The position numbers and the translations under genes were made by a program. A stretch of 64,000 bases of DNA from an uncultured delta proteobacterium (GTDB lineage Bacteria; Desulfobacterota; Binatia; DP-6): contig CAWFFN010000012.1 in NCBI GenBank assembly GCA_963815115.1, positions 832,001-896,000 of the forward strand, written 5' to 3'. Shown here piece by piece: positions 11,708 to 23,666 of the stretch. Position 1 is the stretch's first letter. The number at the start of each line of letters is the position of its first letter. The notes beneath the pieces are model-generated. The model was not told the DNA's origin. It saw only the letters and a program-made list of their open reading frames with translations, and made no database searches.

Positions 11708-13279
11708 GTGTTCCATCCACTCCTCGTCGAGAAGGACGTCGCGATCGGGCTGCGCGACGGCGGAACCATCCTCGCGAACGTCTTCCGTCCCGCGGACGAT
11801 GGCGAGTTCCCGGTCATCATAACGCTCGGCCCCTATCCCAAGGACATCCACTTCAGCGACTGGAACCCGGCGGCCTGGCGCCGTCTGCCGGAGCAGAACG
11901 AGCACATGCACTGGGAGACGGTGGACCCGGAGTGGTGGGTGCCGCAGGGCTACGCCGTCGTGCGCTGCGACTCGCGCGGGACCGGCAAGTCACCAGGCCG
12001 GCCGCGGCTGCTCTCGCGCGCCGAGGCCGAGGACTTCTACGACTGCGTCGAGTGGGCGGGCACGCGACCGTGGAGCAACGGCAAGGTCGCCGTCATGGGA
12101 GTCTCGTACTTCGCCATGAACTCGTGGCGCGTCGCGGCGCTGCAGCCTCCCCATCTGGCCGCGATCGTTCCGTGGGAGGGCGCGGTTGACCTCTACCGCG
12201 ACGCGAATCGCCACGGCGGCATCTACTCGAGCGGCTTCATGCGCGCGTGGGGTGGTCACACGCGCCGCTATCAGACGGACGGCGGCGCCTCCGATCCGGC
12301 GCCGCTTCCGCCGGAGACGGTGACGGAGCTGTTCGCCCGCAACCATCCGGACCTCGCCGCCATCCAGGTACCGCTCCTCTCCGCGGGCAACTGGGGAGGG
12401 GCGGGTCTCCACCTGCGCGGGAACGTCGAGGGCTATCTCGGCGCCGGCTCGGCGCAGAAGTTCCTGCAGATTCAAGTCGGCGATCACGTGGGCCCGTTCT
12501 ACTCGCTCGAGGGCCGCCTCGTGCAGCACCGCTTCCTGGAGCACTTCCTGCGGGGCGTCGACACCGGGATCACGCGCGAGCCGCCGATCCGGCTCGCGAT
12601 CCGGCGCGATCACGACACCTATCGCTGGCGCTACGAGACCGAGTGGCCACTCGCCCGCACGCAGTGGACGGCCGAGTACCTGGACGCCGCGGGTCAGGGC
12701 CTCTCGACGATGCGGCCGGACGAGCCGCACGCGGTGCGCTACGACGCAGAGCCCGGCGCCGCGCCGTCGAGCGTCCGCTTCGCAACCCCCCCGCTCGAGC
12801 AGGAGATCGAGGTGACCGGCCCGATCAAGCTCAAGCTGTGGGTCTCGACGACGAGCGACGATGCCGATCTGTTCGCGATCGTGCGCAACCTGCGCCCGGA
12901 CGGGACGGAGGTCACGTACCCGGGTCCGCAGCCCCAGAGCGAGAGCAAGGTCGCCGTCGCCTACGGCTGGCTGCGGCTGTCACACCGCAAGCTCGACCCG
13001 GAGCGCTCGACTGCCTATCGCCCGTATCACACCCACGACGAGATCCAGAAGGTACATCCCGGCGAGATCGTGCCGGTCGAGATCGAGATCCTGCCCACCA
13101 GCGCGATCTTCGAGCGCGGCCACCGCCTCGTCATCGAGGTCGGCGCCAAGGACGACCCGATCATCTTCTTCCAGCACGACGATCCGCGCGATCGGGTCCA
13201 GCGCGGCACGGTCACCCTACATACGGGCGGAGCGTTCGACGCGCACGCTCTGCTGCCCTTCATTCCGCAGCCGTCATGA
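11708..13279 (+). CDS. CocE/NonD family hydrolase (peptidase S15 / X-Pro dipeptidyl-peptidase-like)
   Basis: LRDGGTILANVFRP, GPYPK, DSRGTGKSPG, WSNGKV, nucleophile elbow GVSYFA, C-terminal EVTGPIKLKLW and FERGHRL; GGGAGG RBS before GTG. Confidence 0.9.
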   Translation: MFHPLLVEKDVAIGLRDGGTILANVFRPADDGEFPVIITLGPYPKDIHFSDWNPAAWRRLPEQNEHMHWETVDPEWWVPQGYAVVRCDSRGTGKSPGRPRLLSRAEAEDFYDCVEWAGTRPWSNGKVAVMGVSYFAMNSWRVAALQPPHLAAIVPWEGAVDLYRDANRHGGIYSSGFMRAWGGHTRRYQTDGGASDPAPLPPETVTELFARNHPDLAAIQVPLLSAGNWGGAGLHLRGNVEGYLGAGSAQKFLQIQVGDHVGPFYSLEGRLVQHRFLEHFLRGVDTGITREPPIRLAIRRDHDTYRWRYETEWPLARTQWTAEYLDAAGQGLSTMRPDEPHAVRYDAEPGAAPSSVRFATPPLEQEIEVTGPIKLKLWVSTTSDDADLFAIVRNLRPDGTEVTYPGPQPQSESKVAVAYGWLRLSHRKLDPERSTAYRPYHTHDEIQKVHPGEIVPVEIEILPTSAIFERGHRLVIEVGAKDDPIIFFQHDDPRDRVQRGTVTLHTGGAFDAHALLPFIPQPS

Positions 13280-14459
13280 CCCGGTCCAGCCAGTCGAGCG
13301 CGCGCTGATTGAACACGGCGCGCGCTCCCGACTCGCAGTGCGCGCCGGCTCCCTCCGCAGCGGTGAACTGCATGAGCTCCTTCTCGCAGGTGAGGACGTC
13401 GAACAGCTTGCGTGCCGTGACCCCGACCTCGTCGTTCTCCGCCGAGCAGACGAGGGTGGCGCAGGTGATCTTCTCGGCGCGCCCGGCCAGCGTGTAGGCG
13501 CCGGTGAGGCGCACGAAGTCCATCGGCGTGCTCACGCCGTGGACGCGGAGACCGCGCCGGAGCACCCATCCTGCCGTCGGGTGGCGCAGCCGGCGTTGCA
13601 GGACGCGGTCGAGCAGCGCGAGGATGTGGCGATTTCCTCCGTCGAGCCGGCGCGCGACGAACGCCGGCATCCGGCTCGCCAGCTCCTCGCGCAGCGAGTA
13701 GTTCCCGGGGTCGGCGATGCAGGCAGCGATGCGCCGCTCCGCGCTCGCCGCTCGCGGCGCGAGGTAGCCGCCGAAGCTCATTCCCATGAGCGCGATCGTC
13801 CGCGGGTCGACGTCGGAGCGCTCGACGGCGAAGTCCACGAGCGGCGTGACGACCGACTCCCAATCCGGGCGGAAGACCATGTTGCGCTCGATCAGGGCCT
13901 CGCCCTGGCCGGGCCCGTCGAACACGATGCACGTGTAGCCGCGCGCGACCGCCGCGGCCCCGCTGAACAGGTACGCCTCCTCGGCGGTGCTGTCGTACCC
14001 GCCGACGATGATCAACGTCGGCCGCGGCGCCGGGTCGGCCGACGCGCGGAGTACCCAGCCGTGGAGCGCGCCGGCCTCGTACGGGATCGCGACGCGCTCC
14101 GCCGCCGGACGCATGAGCGCCGCGCCGGCGGCGAAGGCTTCACGGTGCCGCCGATAGGTCGCGAGCAGCCGTGGCTCCGGCGTCGGCCCGATGAAGAAGG
14201 TGTAGGCGGCGCGAAAGTAGTTCGATGCGCGCAGATATGCGCCGCGGGCACTCACGTGACGTCGTGCCGCAAGGCTTTCCTCGGCGCGTGCGAGCACGCG
14301 CTCGGCCATCGCCAGCCACGCCGCGTACCAGCTCTCGGTGTCCGAGCCGCGCACGGCTCCGGCCACGGCGAGGCATTCGCCGATCTCCGCGCCGCCCGCG
14401 CTCGAGTGCCCGGCCGCTCGCAGCCATTGCGCTTCGAAGAAGGGGTCGTCCAGGATCAT
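13260..14459 (-). CDS. Alpha/beta hydrolase (2,6-dihydropseudooxynicotine hydrolase-like / S9 family)
   Basis: GGAEIGE, LRASNYFRAA, GGYDSTAEE, FDGPGQG, GMSFGG nucleophile, EGAGAHCE; convergent 20-bp overlap with the CocE gene. Confidence 0.88.
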   Translation of the reverse strand: MILDDPFFEAQWLRAAGHSSAGGAEIGECLAVAGAVRGSDTESWYAAWLAMAERVLARAEESLAARRHVSARGAYLRASNYFRAAYTFFIGPTPEPRLLATYRRHREAFAAGAALMRPAAERVAIPYEAGALHGWVLRASADPAPRPTLIIVGGYDSTAEEAYLFSGAAAVARGYTCIVFDGPGQGEALIERNMVFRPDWESVVTPLVDFAVERSDVDPRTIALMGMSFGGYLAPRAASAERRIAACIADPGNYSLREELASRMPAFVARRLDGGNRHILALLDRVLQRRLRHPTAGWVLRRGLRVHGVSTPMDFVRLTGAYTLAGRAEKITCATLVCSAENDEVGVTARKLFDVLTCEKELMQFTAAEGAGAHCESGARAVFNQRALDWLDRVMTAAE

Positions 14460-14534
14460 CGTCTTCGAACTACCACTCGTCGGATCTCCGCGACCAACGC
14501 GGGGCGTTCCGGAGCGAGCGCTGGCGGGCCGACG

Positions 14535-15200
14535 TCAGGCGCCGTCCACGCGACGGCCGTACCCCCGGGTGCTGGCGAGCAACGCGGGCCGCCTGGGAAG
14601 GTGCCGGAGGCCCATCCACGCGAGCGCCGCCAGGTGGCTCGCCACCGCCTCGGACGGCAGGGGCTTGCGGCTCTCCGTCCACCACTGGCCGACGAAGGCG
14701 ACCATGCCGACCAGGGCGTGCGCGTAGATCGGGGCCGCCTTGCGATCGTAGCCCGCGCGCCGGAGCTGCTCCGTGAAGACGGCGCCCACCCGGCCGGCGA
14801 GGTCGTACATCAGCCCCGGCATCTCGCCTCCGCCCTTCAAGGCCGGGGTGTCCCGCAGGAGCATCGTGAAGCCTTCGGGACGCTCTTCCACGTAGTGGAG
14901 AAACGCCAGCGCCGCCCGCTCGAGCCGTTCGCGTGGCGAGCCGGTCGAGATGGCCTCGACGATGCGCTCCACGATGTGCTCCACCTCGCGGTCCACGATC
15001 ACCGCGTAGAGGCCCTCCTTGCCGCCGAAGTGCTCGTAGACGATCGGTTTCGTGATGCCGGCGCGCTCGGCGATCTCCTCGACCGACGCCGCTTCGTAGC
15101 CGCGCTGGGCGAAGACCAGCCGGCCGACGTCGACGAGCTGGGCCCGGCGCGCCGAGGCGGCGAGGCGCGGGCGACGACCCGGTGGGGTGGCGCGAGGCAC
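14535..15200 (-). CDS. TetR/AcrR family transcriptional regulator
   Basis: HTH FAQRGYEAASVEEIAERAGITKPIVYEHFGGKEGLY; GTG at 15200 preceded by AAGGAG. Confidence 0.92.
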   Translation of the reverse strand: MPRATPPGRRPRLAASARRAQLVDVGRLVFAQRGYEAASVEEIAERAGITKPIVYEHFGGKEGLYAVIVDREVEHIVERIVEAISTGSPRERLERAALAFLHYVEERPEGFTMLLRDTPALKGGGEMPGLMYDLAGRVGAVFTEQLRRAGYDRKAAPIYAHALVGMVAFVGQWWTESRKPLPSEAVASHLAALAWMGLRHLPRRPALLASTRGYGRRVDGA

Positions 15201-15215
15201 GGTTGACTCCTTTCC

Positions 15216-15263
15216 TACGTATGCGTAAGGTACGCAACCGTAACTTACTCTTACGTGACCGTA
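15216..15263. promoter_or_regulatory. Three palindromic TACG-N4-CGTA sites (putative TetR operator array)
   Basis: 15216-15227 TACGtatgCGTA, 15231-15242 TACGcaacCGTA, 15252-15263 TACGtgacCGTA in the relatively AT-rich divergent gap between TetR and the desaturase. Confidence 0.7.
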
Positions 15264-15298
15264 ACGTAGCACGCTCGGCGTGCGACGAGGAGGATCCC

Positions 15299-16210
15299 GT
15301 GACTGCCGTCTCGATTCCCGACTCCCCTGACCTGCTCGTGGCCCTGGAGCCCGTGGTGGCCCGTCTGCTCGACCGCCATCTCGCCGCCGCCAAGGAGTGG
15401 TTCCCGCACGAGTACGTGCCCTGGGAGTGCGGGCGCAGCTACGTCGACGAGCCCTGGCAGGAGAGCGACTCGCGCCTGGGCGCCACGGCGCGCATCGCGC
15501 TGGAGCTCAACCTGCTCACCGAGGACAACCTGCCCTCGTACCACCTCGCCCTGTGGCGCCTGTTCGGCGGCGAGGGGGCCTGGGGCCAGTGGGCGCGCCG
15601 CTGGACGGCCGAGGAAGGCCGCCACTCGATCGCCATCCGCGACTACCTGGTGACGTCGCGGGCGGTGGACCCGGTCGCGCTCGAGCGCGAGCGCATGGAG
15701 CACGTGGCGCGAGGGTATGCCCCGCGCGGCATCGAAGGCCCCTGCGACGCCCTGGTCTACGTCACGCTCCAGGAGCTGGCCACCCGCATCGCCCACCGCA
15801 ACACGGGCGCGATCACCGGCGATCCGGTGGCCGAGCGGCTGCTCGTCCGCGTCGCGCTCGACGAGAACCTGCACCACGCCTTCTATCGCGATCTCGCCGC
15901 CGCCGCGATCGAGCTCGACGCCTCCGCCATGGTCCTGGCCATCCGGCGCCAGGTCCTCGGCTTCGCGATGCCCGGTCTGGAGCTGCGCGGCTTTCGCGAG
16001 CGTGCCATCAGCATCGCGGCGGCCGGCATCTACGACCTCGGCATCCACCGCGACCAGGTGCTGCGTCCGGTCCTGAAGCACTGGCGGCTGCGCGAGCTGC
16101 GCGGGCTGAGCGACGACGCGGAACGCGCGCGCGACGAGGTGCTCGGGTTCGTCGAGGCTCTGGCCAGGCCCGGCGAGGAGCCGCCCCGGAGCGAGGCGTC
16201 CGCGGCGTAG
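15299..16210 (+). CDS. Acyl-ACP desaturase (DesA1/DesA2-like, ferritin-like di-iron)
   Basis: EWFPHEYVPW, NLLTEDNLPSYH, WTAEEGRH, YVTLQELATRIAH, DENLH, AGIYDL; GAGGAGG RBS before GTG 15299. Confidence 0.92.
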   Translation: MTAVSIPDSPDLLVALEPVVARLLDRHLAAAKEWFPHEYVPWECGRSYVDEPWQESDSRLGATARIALELNLLTEDNLPSYHLALWRLFGGEGAWGQWARRWTAEEGRHSIAIRDYLVTSRAVDPVALERERMEHVARGYAPRGIEGPCDALVYVTLQELATRIAHRNTGAITGDPVAERLLVRVALDENLHHAFYRDLAAAAIELDASAMVLAIRRQVLGFAMPGLELRGFRERAISIAAAGIYDLGIHRDQVLRPVLKHWRLRELRGLSDDAERARDEVLGFVEALARPGEEPPRSEASAA

Positions 16211-16635
16211 CGGGGCGAAGGGGACGGCGCGAGATCCGGCTGTCGATACCGAAGCCGGGAGGCTGGTCGCGCGCCGTCTCCGCCACGAAACCCGACCCTA
16301 GTACTTGGCCGACAACCAGACGCTCAGCGCACGGCGGCAGTCGTGGTACGCGCAGCCGAACGACGACGCGTCGGTCTCCTTCTGCGACCCGTCTGCGCGG
16401 GCGCACCGGACATACGCGCAATCGCGCCGGGCGGTTGCGACGTCGGAGGCTCATTCCCGTACGGCATGTCCCGCCGGGACAGCCATGGAGACGAGGATGA
16501 CGAGGCCGCCCCCATGGACACATCGAGGGATCCACCGCGCGGACCTGCGCGTAGAGCACCTACAAAACGGACTCACGCGCGACGGATGCCTTCGACCCCG
16601 CGCCGTGTGCCCACCCTCGCAAGGAGAACGTACTC

Positions 16636-17181
16636 ATGCCCACGATCTCGCGTCTCGCGATCGGCGACGCCGTCACCGTACAATTCGTCATGGCGATGCT
16701 CTTCGGCTCGGCGAGCCTGTGGGCGCCGATTGCCCGGGCCGCGCCGGCGGCGCTGGAACCTCCCGCCGTCTGCGTCAGCGCCCAGCCTGCGGCGATCTCC
16801 GCGGCGTCCGCGCTCGCGAAGAAGGATGCCGCGACGCGCTTCGCCGGCGACGCGTTCGTCCGCACCGAGCTGTACTTCGGCAGCGAGCGTCCCGACCTTC
16901 CAGAGGTGAGCCCCGAGGAATTCAAGCAGTTCCTCGACGTCGCGGTGACGCCCTGCTTTCCCGACGGTCTCACGTTGCTCACGGGGAAAGGTCAGTTCCG
17001 CGAGTCCGACGGTCGGATCGTCCAGGAGACCAGCTTCGTCCTCGTGCTGCTCTATCCGCTGGACGGTCGAAAGGAGAGCAACGTCAAGATCGAGGCGCTC
17101 CGGACGCTCTACAAGGATCACTTCCAGCAGGAGTCCGTGCTGCGGGTGGACGATCCCCGGGCGGTGCGGGTCGGGTTCTAG
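16636..17181 (+). CDS. DUF3574 family secreted protein
   Basis: RTELYFG, VTPCFPDGLT, GQFR, YKDHFQQESVLR motifs; AAGGAG RBS; hydrophobic N-terminus. Confidence 0.8.
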   Translation: MPTISRLAIGDAVTVQFVMAMLFGSASLWAPIARAAPAALEPPAVCVSAQPAAISAASALAKKDAATRFAGDAFVRTELYFGSERPDLPEVSPEEFKQFLDVAVTPCFPDGLTLLTGKGQFRESDGRIVQETSFVLVLLYPLDGRKESNVKIEALRTLYKDHFQQESVLRVDDPRAVRVGF

Positions 17182-17264
17182 CGGCAAGTGCCGGCGCGGC
17201 GCGCGCCAGCGAGCTGGCGGGAGATTGGCTTGCAGGCGCCGCGTGCTCCGCGTTAGAGCACGGC

Positions 17265-18896
17265 ATGGGGTCGATCTCGTTCGAGACCCATCCGTCGCGC
17301 TACCGGCACTGGCAGCTCGACGTGCAGGGCGACGTCGCGACCCTGGCGATGCACGTAGCCGAGGACGGAGGACTCGTTCCCGGCTACGCGTTGAAGCTCA
17401 ACTCCTACGATCTCGGCGTCGACATCGAGCTCGCCGACGCGATCCAGCGCCTGCGCTTCTCGCACCCCGAGGTCCGTGCGCTGGTCATCACCTCGCGGCG
17501 CGACCGTGTGTTCTCGGCCGGCGCGAACATCTTCATGCTCGGACGGAGCTCGCACGCGTTCAAGGTGAACTTCTGCAAGTTCACGAACGAGACACGGCTC
17601 CATCTCGAGGAGGCGAGCCGTGAGTCGGGCATCGCGACCCTCTGTGCGCTGAACGGCACCGCCTCGGGGGGTGGCTACGAGCTGGCGCTCGCCTGCGACG
17701 AGATCGTGCTGGTCGACGACGGCTCGGCCGCCGTATCGCTTCCGGAGGTCGCGCTGCTCGGCGTCCTCCCGGGCACCGGCGGGCTCACGCGCGTCGTCGA
17801 CAAGCGGAAGGTGCGCCGCGATCGCGCCGATTTCTTCTCGACGACCGCCGAGGGCGTGCGCGGGCAGCGCGCGGCCGAGTGGCAGCTCGTGGACGAGGCG
17901 GTGCCGCGGTCGCGGTTCGAGGAGCGGGTGCGCGAGCGGGCCGCGACGCTGGCACGGCGAAGCGACCGGCCTGCCGGGACCGGCATCGAGCTGCCGGCTC
18001 TTCGCCGCCGGGAGACGCCGGACGGCATCGAGTACGGTCACGTGACGCTGGCGCTCGACCGCGCCCGGCGGGTGGCGACGCTGGCGGTGCGTGCGCCCGC
18101 TGGACGGGAGCCCGCGAGCCCGGAGGACTTCCTGCGGACGGGCGCCGATGCGTGGGCGATCGCCGCCTGGCGCGAGCTCGACGACGCGATCCTCCATCTG
18201 CGGCTGAACGAGCCCGAGGCGGGGCTGGTGCTGCTGCGCACCGAGGGTGATGCGCGGGCGGTGCTCGCCGTCGACGGCGCGGTGGCCGGGCACCGCGGGC
18301 ACTGGCTGGTGCGCGAGATCCTTCTGCTCCAGCGTCGGGTGCTCAAGCGGATCGACCTGACGGCGCGTTCCTTCTACGCGCTGATCACTCCCGGCTCGGC
18401 CTTCGCGGGGTCGCTGCTCGAGCTCGCACTGGCCGCGGATCGCTCCTACATGCTCGCGGATGACGCCAGCTCGATCGCCCTGTCACCGCTGAACCGCGGC
18501 CTCCTGCCGATGAGCTCCGGCCTGTCGCGGCTCGAGGCGCGCTTCTACGGACACGACGAGCGCGTGGCGAGCCTCGTCGCGCACGAGGGCGCGTTCGGTG
18601 CCGGGGAGGCGCTCGAAGCGGGCCTCGTCACCTTCGCGCCCGACGAGCTCGACTGGGACGAGGAGGTGCGGCTCGCCGTCGAGGAGCGCGCCGCGATGAA
18701 TCCGGACGCGCTCACGGGCATGGAGGCGAGTCTCCGCTTCGTCGGGCCGGAGACGATCGAGACGAAGATCTTCGGGCGGCTCTCGGCCTGGCAGAACTGG
18801 ATCTTCACGCGTCCGAACGCCACCGGTGAGAAGGGCGCGCTCACCGTATACGGGAAGGCGGGGCAAAGGCCGGAGTTCGACTGGCGGCGCACGTGA
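17265..18896 (+). CDS. boxC: 2,3-epoxybenzoyl-CoA dihydrolase
   Basis: FETHPSRYRHW, LKLNSYDLGVDIELADAIQRLRF, HAFKVNFCKFTNETR, ETKIFGRLSAWQNWIF. Start placed at MGSISF; the upstream 320 codons of the track ORF are spurious. Confidence 0.95.
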   Translation: MGSISFETHPSRYRHWQLDVQGDVATLAMHVAEDGGLVPGYALKLNSYDLGVDIELADAIQRLRFSHPEVRALVITSRRDRVFSAGANIFMLGRSSHAFKVNFCKFTNETRLHLEEASRESGIATLCALNGTASGGGYELALACDEIVLVDDGSAAVSLPEVALLGVLPGTGGLTRVVDKRKVRRDRADFFSTTAEGVRGQRAAEWQLVDEAVPRSRFEERVRERAATLARRSDRPAGTGIELPALRRRETPDGIEYGHVTLALDRARRVATLAVRAPAGREPASPEDFLRTGADAWAIAAWRELDDAILHLRLNEPEAGLVLLRTEGDARAVLAVDGAVAGHRGHWLVREILLLQRRVLKRIDLTARSFYALITPGSAFAGSLLELALAADRSYMLADDASSIALSPLNRGLLPMSSGLSRLEARFYGHDERVASLVAHEGAFGAGEALEAGLVTFAPDELDWDEEVRLAVEERAAMNPDALTGMEASLRFVGPETIETKIFGRLSAWQNWIFTRPNATGEKGALTVYGKAGQRPEFDWRRT

Positions 18897-18909
18897 GGAG
18901 ATCGGACCG

Positions 18910-20321
<1,412 letters not shown>

Positions 20322-20322
<1 letters not shown>

Positions 20323-21851
20323 TGCCGAACGCCGCGCAGGAGATCCTCCGCGCCGGCGACGACGCGTCCGTCGCGCTCCGCGTGCACGCGGACGAGCGGC
20401 GGCTCGCCATGACGCGCGGCGAGCTCCGCCGTCTCGTGCGGCGGACGGCCGCGGCGCTCGCCCGCCGGGGGGTCGCGGAGGAGCAGCGGGTGATGGTCGC
20501 CCTCCCCGATGGTGCGGAGTACGTGGAGGCGGTCCTCGGCGCGATGTGGAACGGCAGCGTCCCGGTCCTGGTGAGCCCGTTCCTTCCGAGCGACGGCTAT
20601 GCCGCCTTCCTCGACGAGAGCCGCGCGCGGGCCGTCGTCACGACGGAGCCGATCGCGGAGGCGCTGCGCGCGCGCGTGGCCGGCGGCCGCGCCGTCGCCG
20701 TCCTGACGGTGCGCGGCGACGGCGGCGGGACGTTTCGCGAGGCGCTCGAAGGCGAGGGCTCCGGGGCGGAGCCCTTTCCCGCCGACGGCGACGATCCGGC
20801 GCTCTGGCTCTACAGCTCCGGCACGACGGGTCGGCCGAAGGGTGTCGTCCACCTGCATCGAGGCGTGCTGCACGCGATAGGGAGCTACGGCGCGCGCGTG
20901 CTCGAGACGACGGGTCGCGACGTCTCCTACGCGACCTCCAAGCTGTTCTTCGCGTACGGCCTGGGCGCCGGCCTCTACTTCCCGCTCGCCGCCGGCGGCG
21001 CGGCCGTGCTGTCGCCCGAGCCCTTCACCCCCGCGCGGTCGTGGCGCATCCTCCTCGAAGAACGGCCGTCGCTCTTGTTCTCGGTTCCGGCCGCATACCG
21101 CGCGCTCCTCGAGCATGCGCCGGCGGGGGCGCCCGCGGCGCTGGCAGGCGTGCGCCGCTTCGTGTGCGCGGGCGAGGCGCTTCCGGAGGCGCTGGCGCGG
21201 GCCTGGAAGGAGCGCTTCGGCGTCGAGCTGCTGAACGGCCTGGGCTCGACCGAGTCGCTGCACATCTTCCTGTCGGCGCGGCCGGGGCGCTGCCGTCCGG
21301 GCACGGTGGGACATCCCGTTCCCGGCTACGAGGTCGAGATCGTGGACGGGGAGGGCGCCGCCGTCGCGTGCGGGACCCCGGGCGTCCTGCGGGTGCGGGG
21401 AGGCAGCATCGCCGCCGGGTACTGGCAGCGCCGCGAGGCGACCGTGCGCGGGTTCGCCGGGGGGTGGCTCACGACCGGGGATCAGGCCGTGCGGGATGCC
21501 GACGGCGCGTTCCGCATCCTCGGGCGCACCGACGACATGCTGAAGGTGTCGGGGCAGTGGGTCTCGCCGCTCGAGGTCGAAGCCGTCGTCGTGGCGGTCC
21601 CGGGCGTCAGCGAATGCGGGGTCGTCGGCGTCCCGGGCGACGGCGGTCTGACCGAGCTGGTGGCCTGCGTGGTCGGCGCGCTCGACGAGGCGGAGGAGGT
21701 CCGTGCCCGCATCGACGCCGCGTGCAGCGAGCAGCTCCCACGCTTCAAGCGGCCGAAGCGCGTCGTTCTCTTCGAGGCGCTGCCGCGCACGGCGACCGGC
21801 AAGCTGCAGCGATTCGCGCTGCGCGACGCGGTCACGCGGGCGGACCATTGA
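20322..21851 (+). CDS. Benzoate-CoA ligase family protein
   Basis: AMP-binding WLYSSGTTGRPKG, SKLFFAYGLG, GLGSTESLHIF, GRTDDMLKVSGQWVSP, PRTATGKLQRF; coupled to boxB (TGATG). Confidence 0.9.
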
Positions 21852-22244
21852 TCATGAGCCGGTGAGCCGCGGCTTCGGTTTCCGCCGCCGGGTGGCCACC
21901 GCGGCCACGCCGTTCCTCCTCGCGCACCCGAAGAGCCTGCAGGACCATCCGCCCTCGCAGGGCGCGGACACGCTCAGCATGCGCGAAGCGATCGAGACGT
22001 GCCCGTCTTGAATGGGAGGAGGAATGATCGTACTGGGTCCCCAGAGCAGCCGATCGATGCCGGCTGCCGGGACACGGGATAGCTGTCCAGCGCTAGACCA
22101 TCTCTGCTCCGCTTCGAAGGCGGCCTCGTCAATGCATGTTTCGGTGCATGACGCGCTCCCCGGATCGGGACGCGCCCAGAGCGTGGTATCGTCGTTGGGC
22201 CCAACCGAAGCGCACGGTCTCGCGCGCGTTCGATGGAGGGGCAC

Positions 22245-23396
22245 ATGGCTGACCTTGCGAGCACCATCAATAGCTTCCTGACACCCGACATGATCCAGAA
22301 GGTGGCCGCGCTCGCCGGCGAGAGTCCGGCGGCCACGCAGAAGAGCGCGGGGATCGCCGTTCCGACGATCCTCTCCGGGCTCGCCGGCCTGGCCTCGTCC
22401 GACACCGGGGCGTCCCAGCTGATCAACCTGATCAGTCGCCTCGGGGGGGACGGCAGCCTGCTGAACGACCTGGGGGCGCTCCTGGGCGGCGGACCGGCCT
22501 CGCAGTCCACGATGAATGCCGGACGTGAGGGGCTGCAGACCATCTTCGGCGGCAAGCTGGGCAGCGTCGTCGAGGCCATCGCGGGGGCGAGCGGCGCCAA
22601 GTCGCAGTCGATCTCCTCGCTGCTGAGTCTGCTCTTGCCGATGGTCCTCGCCTTCCTCGGCCGCGAGCGCAAGGCGGGCGGCCTCGACGCCGGGGGCCTG
22701 GCCAGCTTGCTGCGCAACCAACGTGGCTCCTGGGCGGGGTTGCTGCCGGCGGCCGTCTCGGCCCAGCTGGGCGCCGGGCCGGCTGCGACGGCGCGGCCGG
22801 CGGTTCCGCTGCCTCCGCCGGCGCCGACCAGCTCTCCACTCCGCTGGCTCATCCCGGTCGTCCTGCTCGGGTTGCTCGGCGCATGGCTGGCGCAGCGCGG
22901 CTGCGGCGAGACTGCGCGCCAGGCAGCCACGACCACGCAGGAGCGCCTGTCGCGCCTGTCGCTACCGGGCGGCGTCGCCCTCGACGTGAGAGAAGGCGGC
23001 TTCAGCGACAGCCTGGCGCGCTTCCTGGCCAATACCGCCGACACCACCGTGCCGCGCACGTTCATCTTCGACGATCTGAACTTCGAGACCGGCAGCGCCG
23101 CGCTCAAGCCGGAGTCGAAACGCGTCGTCGATGACCTCATCGTCATCATGAAGGCCTACCCGACGTCGCGGGGTCGCCTCGAGGGGCACACCGACAACAC
23201 CGGCGACGCGGGCGCCAACAAGGCGCTCTCCGAGGCACGCGCGCGCAGTGTGCGCGATACCATGGTGTCGGGGGGGGTCGATGCCGGCCGCCTCGAGGCC
23301 GCGGGATTCGGCCAGGAGCGGCCCATCGCCCCGAACGACACCGACACGGGCCGCGCGAAGAATCGCCGCACCGAGCTGGTCATCACGGGCAAGTAG
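22245..23396 (+). CDS. OmpA-family peptidoglycan-binding protein with N-terminal DUF937-like domain
   Basis: Gly/Ala-rich helical N-terminus, one TM segment (WLIPVVLLGLLGAW), OmpA C-domain LNFETGSA…EGHTDNTG…NKALSEARA…GFGQERP…NRRTEL. Confidence 0.9.
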   Translation: MADLASTINSFLTPDMIQKVAALAGESPAATQKSAGIAVPTILSGLAGLASSDTGASQLINLISRLGGDGSLLNDLGALLGGGPASQSTMNAGREGLQTIFGGKLGSVVEAIAGASGAKSQSISSLLSLLLPMVLAFLGRERKAGGLDAGGLASLLRNQRGSWAGLLPAAVSAQLGAGPAATARPAVPLPPPAPTSSPLRWLIPVVLLGLLGAWLAQRGCGETARQAATTTQERLSRLSLPGGVALDVREGGFSDSLARFLANTADTTVPRTFIFDDLNFETGSAALKPESKRVVDDLIVIMKAYPTSRGRLEGHTDNTGDAGANKALSEARARSVRDTMVSGGVDAGRLEAAGFGQERPIAPNDTDTGRAKNRRTELVITGK

Positions 23397-23666
23397 CAGC
23401 GATCCGGACGCGACCGGCCATGCTCGCCGGCATCATGGCTGGCCGCCCCTCCGGCCACCCTTGTAACAGCAAGGTGCTTCGTCCTAGAGCCAGCTCACGC
23501 ATCCGACAGGGGGAGGGCCCGACGTTGACCGTGCCCTGGTGGACCATTCTGCAGCAGACCGTGACACCCACGCGCGCCGGCTTCGGCCGCCTCGCCGCAG
23601 AAGCGACGGTGGTCTCCATCGACCGTGCTCCGCCCGCGGCATCGCGATAGTGCGGGGTGGTGTGGG

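Noticed and set aside
4577-11911. 2444-aa antisense ORF and 1520-aa alternative-frame ORF over the giant gene
   Set aside because: Arg/Gly/Ala-rich with no motifs; shadow ORFs expected from strong GC3 bias. The same applies to the long ORFs over the RND, box, arc and mrp genes.
16305-17264. N-terminal 320-aa extension of BoxC in the ORF track
   Set aside because: Overlaps the DUF3574 gene in another frame; BoxC homology begins at ATG 17265.
22132-22149. ATGCA-N8-TGCAT palindrome resembling a BoxR/BzdR TGCA operator
   Set aside because: Lies downstream of the box operon, occurs once, and no cognate regulator is in the window.
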